From: Podarcis filfolensis
Lineage: Eukaryota
Assembly: GCA_964270895.1 (NCBI GenBank)
Contig: OZ185437.1
Strand: one strand, 5' to 3'
Length of the DNA stretch: 64,000 bases
Shown here: positions 1 through 11,400 of the stretch, piece after piece
Layout of the letters: each line of letters begins with the position of its first letter
How positions within the stretch are numbered: the first letter of the stretch is position 1
Program-made: the position numbers and the translations under genes
The notes under the pieces: model-generated
The model's database searches: none
The model's input: the letters and a program-made list of their open reading frames with translations, nothing else
Told to the model about the DNA's origin: nothing

Positions 1-54
1 CCCCCCCCACAATAATTATCACCAGAAATGTTTTGAGATGTTCTCACCTGCCGT

Positions 55-125
55 TGTGATTACAGGATGCTAGACTAGATGGACCTTTGGCCTGATCCAG
101 TGGGGCTCTTACTAGGTTCTTACAT
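55..125 (+). mobile_element. 3' tail fragment of MIR/Squam3-type (L2-tailed) SINE
   Basis: acaggatgctagactagatggacctttggcctgatccag...ggttct resembles the L2-derived tail typical of squamate CORE-SINEs. Confidence 0.5.
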
Positions 126-314
126 TTTATCGTTTCACCGGTCCTGCCCTTTGCAGCCTCTTCTTTGCTGCTTTTGTCTGTGTGTCCCCATATGTTTAAG
201 CAGAGGCCAAATGTATATTTCAATAGTCAAATGTTTTTTTTGCACTAAGCCCCGCCAATCCTACCATGTCGTGCTTCTTTCTTTCACTACTTTTAATATT
301 TAATATTTAAGCAC

Positions 315-500
315 AGGCCGTAGCTCAGTGGTAGAGCACATAAAGATACAGGAAGACTCCAAGTTCAGCTCCCTGGTATCTCTGGTTAAAATGATTTGGT
401 AGCAGGTATGAAAGGTCTCTGCCACAGACGCAAGTGCCACTGTCATTCAGAGAAATAGACAATGCTGGGCTCGGCAAATAGTCTAGCCTGCTAAAATACA
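315..500 (+). mobile_element. tRNA-derived SINE, Squam3-like
   Basis: A box GTAGCTCAGTGGTAGAGC and degenerate B box GTTCAGCTCCC, followed by body ...gccactgtcattcagagaaatagacaatgctgggct. Confidence 0.65.
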
Positions 501-1130
501 GCTATCTTTGTGCCCCCCCTTTTTTTTTATCTGATAGCTGCTTGTGCAGATGTGCACAATATCTGTTTTCTTTGGGTTTTGCATGTGCCTGTCCATTTTT
601 CAAACGCTTTAACCCAGAGATGCTTTTGCAGTTCCTTGTTTCTCCTTTTTTGTTCAGATTTTGCGTAACTTTGCAAATTTGGCAGGGTATAGAAGCAGCG
701 CATGACAGTGTGGGCATTTAGCATCGATTAAAATAAACAAGTAAGACAGAAGCACCAGTTGGAAGAAGTTAGTATATATTCTGAACCCAAGTACATGTTC
801 AAAAATATTTGGATACATTTACATGTTCATTACAAAACAACAACATGTGGACCATATAGCTCTATCACAATTGTGTGTGAAGGGAATGGTGCGCTTTCTG
901 ATGCACACAGAAAACTAGCAGATCAGGGGAAAGGCAACACTAGAGCCCTTATGTCTAACATGATAATTTGTGCTGGATGTTTTGCTTTTATTCTTATAGT
1001 ATTTTAAAGGTCGTGCATACTGTTCTCACAAGGTGGAATGCACTCCAATTTTGATTTATTTTAAAAGTGACAATGACCACTGTGGTATAGAAGTTTCCCT
1101 GAAAAAAGGTGTCTTGATTGTTTTCCTTGT

Positions 1131-1268
1131 TTAGTCATTAGAGCATGAGACTCTTAATCTCAGGGTTGTGGGTTTGAGCTCCATGTTGGGCAAAAGATTC
1201 CTGCATGGAAGAGGATTTGGCCTAGATGACCGTTGTGGTCCTTTCCAACTCTACAGTTCTGATTCTAT
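1131..1268 (+). mobile_element. tRNA-Lys(CTT)-derived SINE with CR1-like 3' tail
   Basis: gagcatgagactcttaatctcagggttgtgggtttgagc is a CpG-decayed tRNA-Lys head; followed by ctagatgaccgttgtggtcctttccaactctac...attcta (CR1 tail). Confidence 0.7.
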
Positions 1269-2545
1269 ATGCACAATCTGATAAATTCCTTCCAGCTTCC
1301 AACATCACACTTTGCCCGGACTTTTTGGATACAAAATATATGCTCTGCTATTTTGCTATAGCCCCTTCCCAATACTCACTGCACCATTATAAAGTGTGTT
1401 TTTTTTATCTTCTATCCATTTCCCCTATCTATCCACCACAGATTGTAAAAGCATTTGGAGAAAGTCTACCATGATGTCCTTTACAGCATTCCACAAAGTG
1501 TGAGCATGAAGCAAAATGGTCTTATTTATTCAGTGAGTTACGTGGGCTTCACAGTGCAGCAAAATTCCTAATAATTTGAACTGCGCTAGAAGATGAAGTG
1601 GATAACGATCTCCCTCTACTGGCAAGAGTCCATGCATTTGGTCATGTCTTCTGTGCACACAAATTTTGCTAGGCACATTATTTCCTGAGGCAAAGCAGTT
1701 TTCAAATCAGTATCTGTGACTGCCAAGATAATAAAAAACACATTGTCTCAAATGTTAAGTTGTTAAGCACAAGTGTGGGGTGGAGAGGAGATTAAAAAAG
1801 AAAAACTTGATTCAAAGATTATGTATTTGTCGGCTTCCTTTTACAAACTGGAGTCCCTCAAAATAATTTGTTTACAATCTGGACAAATCTGAAGTATCTT
1901 TCACTGTTTCACTGAATAAAACCTTATTGGTAAAAGGGGTGGCCATAATAAACCCCTATTTCAAACAATAATTTTATTCGGAGAAAAGAAGCAATTAAAT
2001 TGGTTGCAAGAGGGAAGGAAAGGGGATTCTGTTGTTATAACTTCAGAATATTCAGAAAGATGCAAGTTTCCACTGTTCCTTGTTATATTGTCAAATTCCT
2101 TTATTCCGTGCATTTATTCCACACCTTTCTTCCGTCGTGGACTCAAGGCATGGGCTTCACAAGACAGTCTCCCATCCAGACAGTGTCCAGACCCAGACTT
2201 CCTTGGCATCAGCTGCATCATGTGCCCTCATGCATACAGCAAACAGCTTGCAGAACCTATTTACTAAACTTCCCCTAATAAAGCGGGTGATGGTGTGTCA
2301 AACGGTCCAAAAAGAAAGCTAAAAGAAAACAGTGTTGGGCTACAATCTTATTAAAGAGATTCTGTAAGCCAAACCCATTTTCTAAGTATGGTACTGCAGC
2401 AGCACCTGCTGGTAAAGTTAGAGAGTTACAGTTTGACATTTAATAATAGAAAGCTATGTTCTGGAGGTGGGGACTCTCTTCCAGGGAATATTCAGCATAG
2501 GGTGGGATGTTCCATTTGCCACCTCTGCCTCCTAGCAGATGGTGG

Positions 2546-3028
2546 CAGCAGAGACATCACCTTGCCGACAAAGGTCTGTATAGTTAAAGCTATGGTTTTC
2601 GCAGTAGCGATGTATGGAAGTGAGAGCTGGACCATAAAGAAGTCTGATCGCTGAAGAATTGATGCTTTTGAATTATGGTGCTGGAGGAGACCCTTGAGAG
2701 TCCCATGGACTGCAAGAAGATCCAACCTATCCATTCTTAAGGAAATCAGCCCTGAGTGCTCACTGGAAGGACAGATCCTGAAGCTGAGGCTCCAGTACTT
2801 TGGCCACCTCATGAGAAGAGAAGACTCCCTGGAAAAGACCCTGATGTTGGGAAAGATGGAGGGCACAAGGAGAAGGGGACGACAGAGGACGAGATGGTTG
2901 GACAGTGTTCTCAAAGCTCCTAACATGAGTTTGACCAAACTGCAGGAGGCAGTGGAAGACAGGAGTGCCTGGCGTGCTCTGGTCCATGGGGTCACAAAGA
3001 GTTGGACACGACTAAACAACAAGAAGAC
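2546..3028 (+). mobile_element. BovB (RTE) LINE, 5'-truncated 3' fragment
   Basis: Encodes ORF2 C-terminus LPTKV..VKAMVFAVAMYGSESWTIKK..*RIDAFELWCWRR..EKTLMLGKMEG.RRRGRQR.RWLD; ends in gtcacaaagagttggacacgactaaacaac; one in-frame stop. Confidence 0.92.
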
Positions 3029-4385
3029 AACCAGATTGCCACTCAGTTACATGAACACCCTGATTAACTACTTGGGTAAAGGGCTACTTTTCTGTATTCA
3101 CCCAGAATTGCAGCTTTATAGACATAACTGCACAACATGTAAACCTCACATTTGATCTCCGGTCAACAGAACCCCCTTCCCTATTAAAGCCATACTTCTC
3201 TTGGAATCGCATGCAATGACATAAAATGAGGCCTGAATTTATATGGCGGGTATAATCACAGCACCTGTCAACTCCCTCCACTGCAAAGCCCTCGTAAAGC
3301 TGCAATCCCATTATGTTACCTGTGAGTAAATATGCATAGGACCAGACTGCACAATAACATTAGAAATAAGGTGATTTTCTTTTCACACTGAAGCTTTTGC
3401 AAGTGAAATGGTTTCATGGAGAATCCATTGGGATTCAAAAATTCAGTCAATCCGAGTTAGATGTTGCAAATGGAGTTCTTCCAGTTATATCACATTTATT
3501 ATGGGGAAAGAAAAGTCAGAGACTAGTATGAAGATGCACACAGAGGGGAACCAGTGGCTGTGGCTTTCAGGGATTGCAGGACCAGCATAGGCTGCAGGTA
3601 TACTGAAGAATTGGCTTCCTTGCTACAGTTGGGGAGGTAAGGAAAGGTCTGAGTCCACAGAAATGGGAATTGTTAGTGTTCTTGTGGCCCAATATGACTT
3701 TGTAGGTGCTGCTCCCAAAGCATATCACAGCTAGACTGTCTTTAGTTGCAATAAGATGCAAGAGGCACAAGGGTCTCACGTTTTCACTTGGAGATTTGTC
3801 CATCTGTATCACTTCCATTGTAAGATGAAGATTTAGCCGTTGGCTCGAATTCTGTTTGACAGCTCATATATGCACTTGCCATAGAGTTTTCTGGGTGAAA
3901 ACTAGAGTTTTCTTTATGTGAGGGTAGAATAATGCAGCTTCTAGGTAACGCATTCATAGAGCTCAATGTGTGTAGAAGACTATAAGAATGCATAAAGGCC
4001 CATGCAGCAGTCTCCTTTACAGGAATGAGTGAGGAAAAAATTGAGGATGTAGAAGCTTAGATTAATAGGTGTGCTATTTTACAAGATCAACACTGAAGAG
4101 TAGAACTGGTGAAAACAAAGAAATCTGGCAAAGTTTTAACACTACTAATGCCATTAAATTATAAACATTTAGCTTCTGATCTATCTTCAATCATCTAATT
4201 CTTCCTTCTCTAACCCCACATATTATTAGGCACATAAAGCAGGGGTGTAGCGTGGGGGTGCTGCTGGGAAGGAATAAAGATGTTTCTGTGGTTACTGTGG
4301 TAAATATGTGTCTGAGGTGTTCATTATAAGGCCCTTGTGGGGCCTTTAAACATATTAAATCATGTAGCAGAGTAACTTCATAGAT

Positions 4386-4391
4386 TTTATT
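4386..4391 (-). terminator. Candidate distal AATAAA poly(A) signal of SOD2 (ATTAAA variants at 5320-5325 and 4806-4811)
   Basis: tttatt on + strand about 960 nt past the SOD2 stop; motif match only. Confidence 0.35.
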
Positions 4392-5346
4392 TCGAGAGCA
4401 AAGTTCAGATTTCCAATCAAATACTGCAGTACAAAAAAGGAAAGCCAGTTACAGCAATATTAGAAAATAATTTCATTATCCGTTATTAATACATCCTACA
4501 GAAGTAGCAAACAATTGGATACTTCCCATTTGAAGACAAATACACATATATTAAACACACTTAACCACAAACCTGATATCCTATACATTTGGTGCAATGC
4601 ATCTTTCCGGGGTATTTTGTTTTCCCTTTTTCCACTTTCAGCAGGACAAAAATCATGAAAGCTAACCCACTGTTCTTAGCAGCTGACATGCATTAGGAAT
4701 CCTCATGTTGTAACGAACAAACATTTGCAAGATCAGCTATTAGGAAGACTAAAACGAATTGCCTTTTACTCAAGGTTTCGGTAGGCTACAATATACGCAA
4801 CAGCATTTAATTCAAACATAGGGCAATATTCAATGGTGCCCATCCTCAAGACAAACAGATTTGCACTCCACAACAGGACTCCCCCTTTTGCACACCAACC
4901 TGATATTCTGTAGAGTGGCAACACCCCAGATGAGATTTGCAAGGGCTGCAAGTGGGAGAAGAGGAAGAGGAATTCTGCTCATAGTCTATAAAATGCTCTG
5001 AGAATGCTGTTATTTTGGACTTTCCCTTTGAATTACATACACCTTGAAACTCACTCGAAAGAGTAAGCAGCAAATCACATTGTCAAAAGGAACCGGTTGT
5101 AATCCCATACTGATGTTTTATAAGGGATTGTATTCTTTCAGAACACTGGATAAAGGATTCCTGTTTTTGAAGAACAAGTGAGCAGTTTCACCAAATTAAG
5201 CAAACATTGAGCTAAGAACTTTCTTTTGATGAGCTTGAATATTTTAAGTGGTGGCGCAATTAGCAAACAAACTGCTAGAAGTTACTACAAAAATGATCAA
5301 GGAATAACAGTGTTCTTTCTTTAATGATCTTGTACAAGATTTTGCT

Positions 5347-5492
5347 CTACTTTTTGCAAGCTGCATATCTCGAAGATACGTTTTCCCAGTTTATCACGTT
5401 CCAAATAGCTTTGAGATAGTCAGGTCTAACATTTTTATACTGGAGATAATATGCATGCTCCCATACATCAATTCCTAGAAGGGGAACAAGAC
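5347..5492 (-). CDS. SOD2: SOD2 exon 5 coding part (146 nt)
   Basis: TTTTCTAG|GT CTT GTT CCC...[48 protein letters not shown]. Confidence 0.97.
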
Positions 5493-8400
5493 CTAGAAAA
5501 GAAGAGAAATATTTATTTTTATTTCCTGCTCACAAGTAGGTTTTGATAAGAGGAAACAAGTAGATTTCTTATTCAATCTGCTATGCAAGTGAAAGCAGGG
5601 AGTCCTTCTTCCTTTGCCCTGGTGAGCAGAACTGCTGGTGTCTGCTTTCATCTACCGCATAGCAAAAATTGTACTTTCAATTGTAGACAAGTTCCAGCTA
5701 GAGAAACTCACCTGTAGTCCCTTGAAGAGGATCCTGATTGGAACAGGCAGTCACCTGCAGTCGACCCTGTTCTTTATTAAAACCGAGCCATCCCCATCCT
5801 GAGCCTTGGACTCCAACTGAAAGAGTTGTCAACTTATCCTTGAAGTTCGCAAAGGAGCCAAAATCACGCTTAATAGCTTCCATTAGCTCCCCTTAATAAA
5901 TGGAAATAATAATAACAATTCACACACAGAGCACACTTCATTAGCTTTCCATTTGATGTTCCAAAAAATCATTCATATTAATTCAGAGGTAAGGAGGATA
6001 GGTACAGATGTAAATCTTACAATCAATAGAATGGAAGTCGGTTGCAGGATCACTAGTCCTTCATTTGCCAGTCTCAACCATAGGTAAGCAGTACCTCAGC
6101 ACCAGCATTAACAGTTAACCCTAACATGCTTCCCTCTTAACCAGTCTCTGATAAACAGTCTTAAGCTGTTTAACAGGGAACTCCAGTTAATGATAACCAG
6201 TTAACACGAATGATGCTAGAATACTTCCTGTGGAAGGGTGGGAGGAAAAGCAAGGGCTGACTGGTGGGAGTGTCTGATCTTACAGCCTGCTGATAACTGT
6301 GTAACTGTGGTTAAGAAATCACCAGCACCAGCCCCGGATGTAGATCTTTGCCTCGTCTCCGAATTCTACAGCATTTGGTACATTTCAGTTTGTACACTGA
6401 CTGCTGCAATGACTAATCAGCTGTGCCCCATAATGTATTCTGATTTTCCCTTTGAAAAGCATCTTATCATCCATAATGATCACAACCTCCACCTAACATC
6501 ACGACCCAGTATTACATCTAGATAGTTGTCCAGAGAACCAAGGGAACAGCAGGTAACAGTGTGAAGCTCATGTGGGCAACAGCCTGTCCACAAGCTAAAG
6601 TGCAAACACCCATGCCATTTGGAAGAGGCTTAAGAGAGGACATGCCTACCATTACACTTTTCGAAGTGCTCTGCTTCCAAATGTCACATTTAGTGCCATA
6701 AGTAACACATAGCCATTCATGCATTACTTTCATCGTTTTACAGATTGTGGTTCATCTGGAGGAGACAAACTGCAAGCCTAGTTTGGATGACACACTAAAA
6801 CAAACCATAATGTAGCTCACAGCAGCGGCCACAAACTGTTCTCTGGGAAGCTGCATGTTCTCACTAAGCCATGGTTTGCCTTAACATTACATGCAAACTG
6901 AGCACTGTATGCTTCAAACTTTTAAAAAAGCTTTTGATAAAGTGCCTCATTGGCATTATATGCTGCTTGGAGGCTTCCCATAGTTATTAGGCTAGCCACT
7001 GCTAAGACAGAATGCTGGACAATAAATGTGTGTTTTTTTTGTGAGGCAGCAGTGTGGGAGGCCTTTTCTGTGGTGATTCCCAATTTCTGAAATACCCTTT
7101 CATCTGAGGTGTGCCTGGCCCCATCTCTATATCCTTTTCAAAGTGGGGAGGAGTGTCAAGATGCAAGCTTTCTGCCCAGGTCTTTAGTGGAAGAGAATGC
7201 AATCTGATGTTCCCTACTGCTGTTGTTGACCTTGAATGCTATTTAAGATCAAAACAAAAAAAATTTTTTCCTTCCAGTAGCACCTTAAAGACCAACTAAG
7301 TTAGTTCTTGGTATGAGCTTTCGTGTGCATGCACACTTCTTCAGATACACTGAAACAGAAGTTGCCAGATCCTTCTATATAGTGAGAAGGTGGGGAGGGG
7401 TATTACTCAGAAGGGTGGTGGGAATGGGTGGTTGGCAGATAGCTGTGATAAGCCTGTTGACGACTCTTAACATTTAAGATGTTTTCATTGTTGGCTTCAT
7501 GATAAGCATTACACCCTTTATTTGCTGTCTTATGCTGTCTATCACCTACACTGGAACACGGACTAAAGATGCTATAATAAATGATACATTAGCATTTGGT
7601 CTGATCGAGTGGGGCTTTTCAAATGTCCTGTGTAACATTAAAATGCTTTGATTACAAACCTTTTGGTTCTCCTCCACCATTAGGAGAAAGGTTTGTCCAG
7701 AAGATAGTGTGATTAATGTGACCTCCACCATTGAACTTCAGAGCCGGCTGAAGAGACACCTGAGCAGTCACATCACCTGCAAAGAACAGAGAATTAAGTG
7801 CAACATCTACAGTAAGCCTTAGCAGAGAACAAATTATTCCTTACCCCAGGAGGAGTCCACTTAGTTAAGAGTGTTAATTTGAATCAATGAATTGCAGCTT
7901 AGAAAAGAAAGTAAAAATACAAATAATGGATTAGGATCAAGACTGGCTGTTCCAGCAAAAGCTCCCAGATGGAGGAAAAAAGTGTATGAAGGAAATTTTC
8001 ACTGATTCTTCTACTGTCTCCCCACTCCCTGAAAATTTCCACTTCTCCTGAGTAGTTGTTCAGGGGGTCACAGGGAGAAAGAGGAATTGACCAAACTTCC
8101 TCCTCTACTTCCTCTGACATGAACTGAATTCTGCCTACCATAACTCTGGATATTTTAAGAGTTGTGCCTTAACATATACACTAGTCTATATAAATCCACA
8201 ACCTTTATATATATTTTGTGAGTGTGAATGTGTGTACACACATACACACACCTTAAGCAAGGATCCCAAAATTTTGGCTTGGCTGCATAGTCTGCCACTA
8301 TTCAGTTGCCACCAACCATTCCTCAAAGTCTCTTGGAACACATAGATCACGGGTAGGCAAACTAAGGCCCGGGGCCTGGATCCGGCCCAATCACCTTCTA

Positions 8401-11400
8401 AATCCGGCCTGCAGATGGTCTGGGAATCAGCATGTTTTTACATGAGTAGAATGTGTCTTTTTATTTAAAATGCATCTCTGGGTTATTTGTGGGGCATAGG
8501 AATTCATTCATTCCCCCCCCCAAAAAAAATATAGTCCGGCCCCCCACAAGGTCTGAGGGACAGTGGACCGGCCCCCTGCTGAAAAAGTTTGCTGACCCCT
8601 GACAGACAAATCAAGAGAGCAGGTCCATCTCCATTCATTTGCCTGGGGACTCTCAGGCAAGAAACTACCAGTTTCTCCCTTTTTAAAGGAGGATATGGCA
8701 ATACTAAAAATGCTTCTTCCTCTAGCCCAATTTATTTCCTTCTTTAGCATGCCCCCTTAAATGAGTTCATATTACAATGAAGATGTGAGGAATGGCAGCA
8801 CTGACCCTTGAATTCCTTACATAAAACTGCTGAGCCCAAATTTCTACGCCTACTCCCATAGGCTGGGGAACAACACTTCAGAAATACTCCTTAATTCAGG
8901 CAAACTGTGACATGTGCTTCCCAACAGAATAAATATGCTGTAGGTGATCCTCAAGTCCAACTATGCTGCATCATTATGCTCCCTTCCAAACGAGTTGAGA
9001 AATTTGTACTTTCTGTGCTCTGGAGCTTCTGCAAAAGCTACAACTCCTGTTCTCACGTCTTGCTTGGATTCCTCCAGTGCTGCTGAGCCCGGGACATCAA
9101 ACTAGCTCCAAGGGGCTACAGCTACCACTTCCCTGTCCCAGATGCGAGAAAGGGGCAGAAGAGTTTAAAATGAGAATGAGAGTACTTCTAGGCAGTATGA
9201 AAGCAGACACAAGGGATGCCCTCTTTCATCTGCCTACCCCTCAAGCACAGTCCTAACAAAGAACTCTACAATTCCATAATTCCTGAGAACTGCTGCTGGT
9301 AGAGTCCCTTCTGCGCCATGCAGCCAGGATAGAGGAGAAGTCAGCAGCAGCATGCAGGAGTGTTGAACAAGGCTGGGGGGGAAATAAGCCTCAGAAATTT
9401 CCCATGCCAGGGAAACAAGCAAGGATGCAGCTAAACTAGTGCTTGACATTCCCATTCTTTTTCTTGAATGTTAGATTATGTAAAGTGTGCATGCAGAGAA
9501 TAGTGACGGAGGGCAAAAAGCTCACTGAAGACGACTGGATCTTCAGGGGCAGAAGTAGTGTTGGCTTTACTGCACTGAGAAGCATAGATAAAAAGCCTAC
9601 AGACAGGCTCACTACAATTAGCCAGGCCACAATTAGGCTCACTAGAACTAGGACAGCTAACATATAGGCATGTGTCTGATTAATATGTAATCCATAGCAC
9701 AAGTAAATCTGAACTGCTAAAGTTACAAATACTTGCTTAAAATACTTATACTCCATCCTAGCAGCTAATTTAAAATCTAAAGTAATAAACTTTAAAACAA
9801 TTTAAAATTAGCAAGAAAGCCGAACCAAATCATGTTAACAAGCAGTCAGAAAAAAGAAAGTTTTCAGCTTCTTTTAAAAATACACACCCCAAAGGCAAGG
9901 CACCCTGAGTAAGGTCCTATTCCTTGTTGTCACCTGTCTTATAATGGAAGATGGGGGCACTTCAGAGATGGTTTTAATACCGCTTTTTGCACTGAAGTAT
10001 ATTGGACATATTTTTGAACTAATATTTACACAACAAAAATGTGTATGTACTTTATCAAGTTTAGGTTTCCTCTTTTTTAAAATTCAGAGTTTAAGATTCT
10101 GGAAACTGACAACTGTTTCATTTGATTTTTCAAAAGAGCCTTCCTGCATTACATTGCAACAGAATGCTCCTCTGATGGGAGAGGTGTTGTGCAACTCAAC
10201 ACAAACTGAGATTCAGTGTCTCTTTAAACAACAAATCTGCTTTGCACCCACTGAGTGCAGATTTTCTGCTTCATGTAGTTTGAGTAGAATACTCTTGTAC
10301 ATTGGACTAGGTATCTATTGACAGCACTCAGAAAGTGCTCTTGGATACAGCCTAAAAAGAAAGGGAGTAAACGGCCAATTTGCTTATCTTGAAGCCACCA
10401 GCCAAAAGGCATTCCTGTCTCTGCACAATCATTAACTCTCATAGCAAGAGTTATTTTCCTCCTTTCTTTCTCCGTAAAGCTTGCGAGGAAAATTACAGAG
10501 AAAAACTGTGTAGAGCCCTGAAGTTGTATACATACACTGTAGAAAAAATAAAAACTTGAATTGTCTTTTTGAATACTTGACAATGTTGTTTTGAAAATGC
10601 ATTGAACAGTGCAATCCTATATATAATTCCACAGAAGTAAATCCCAGTGATTTCAACCAGCTTTACTCCCAAGTAAATAGGTACAGGATTGCAACCAATG
10701 TAACTTGACATCCAACAGATTACAGCTCTATTAAAACAACATGGGCATTGCAGAGGGACAATAAGATACAGTGGTAACTCTGGATACGTACACCTCTGGT
10801 TGCATATCCTTCGGGTTACGCATGCAGCAAACCCGGAAGTATTTTTCCGGGTTTCGCCACGTGCGCATGCGCAAAAGCACTCTATGCGCAAAACAGGCAC
10901 CTCCAATTGCGAATTCCTCGGAATCCGACGGGAGCTCCGGAACGGATCCTGTGAGCAATCGGAGGTACCACTGTACTCAAATCTGAACACAACAAATCTC
11001 AAATGTCCAGCCCAAGATGGGCAATCCTACAGCTCCATTCTACTGTCTTTCAAAGCAACCTATTACATTGCTGAACTCATTCAGACAGCCACATATACAG
11101 CAAGTCAACATGTGTTGCAATTCTTCAGTGTTTGCCTCTCAGCAGCTTCCCCTCGTATCATAGGTGTTTTAGTGTGAGAATGTGACACTACAGCAGTTTG
11201 GAAGAAAAACCATTATTTCTAACCTTATATATTTCTTTATCATTTCTCAGCCTTATGCCTCCTTATAAGGCTCTGAAATACTAACTGGACTCAGCAGAAA
11301 TGCACCACATTTTAAAACAGCCTATAGCTCTTGAGTTTAAAATTAGTATCACAAAGTTCCATGGACTTCCCATTTAATCACATTAGCATTAATGCAAAAC

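Noticed and set aside
315-390. tRNA gene (GTAGCTCAGTGGTAGAGC)
   Set aside because: No valid cloverleaf, B box degenerate, and it continues into SINE body sequence.
1131-1195. tRNA-Lys(CTT) gene
   Set aside because: 5' acceptor strand missing, CpG-decay mutations, and fused to a CR1-like tail: a SINE head.
2492-3155. 153-176 aa ORFs as host genes
   Set aside because: They are BovB ORF2 remnant and its antisense frame.
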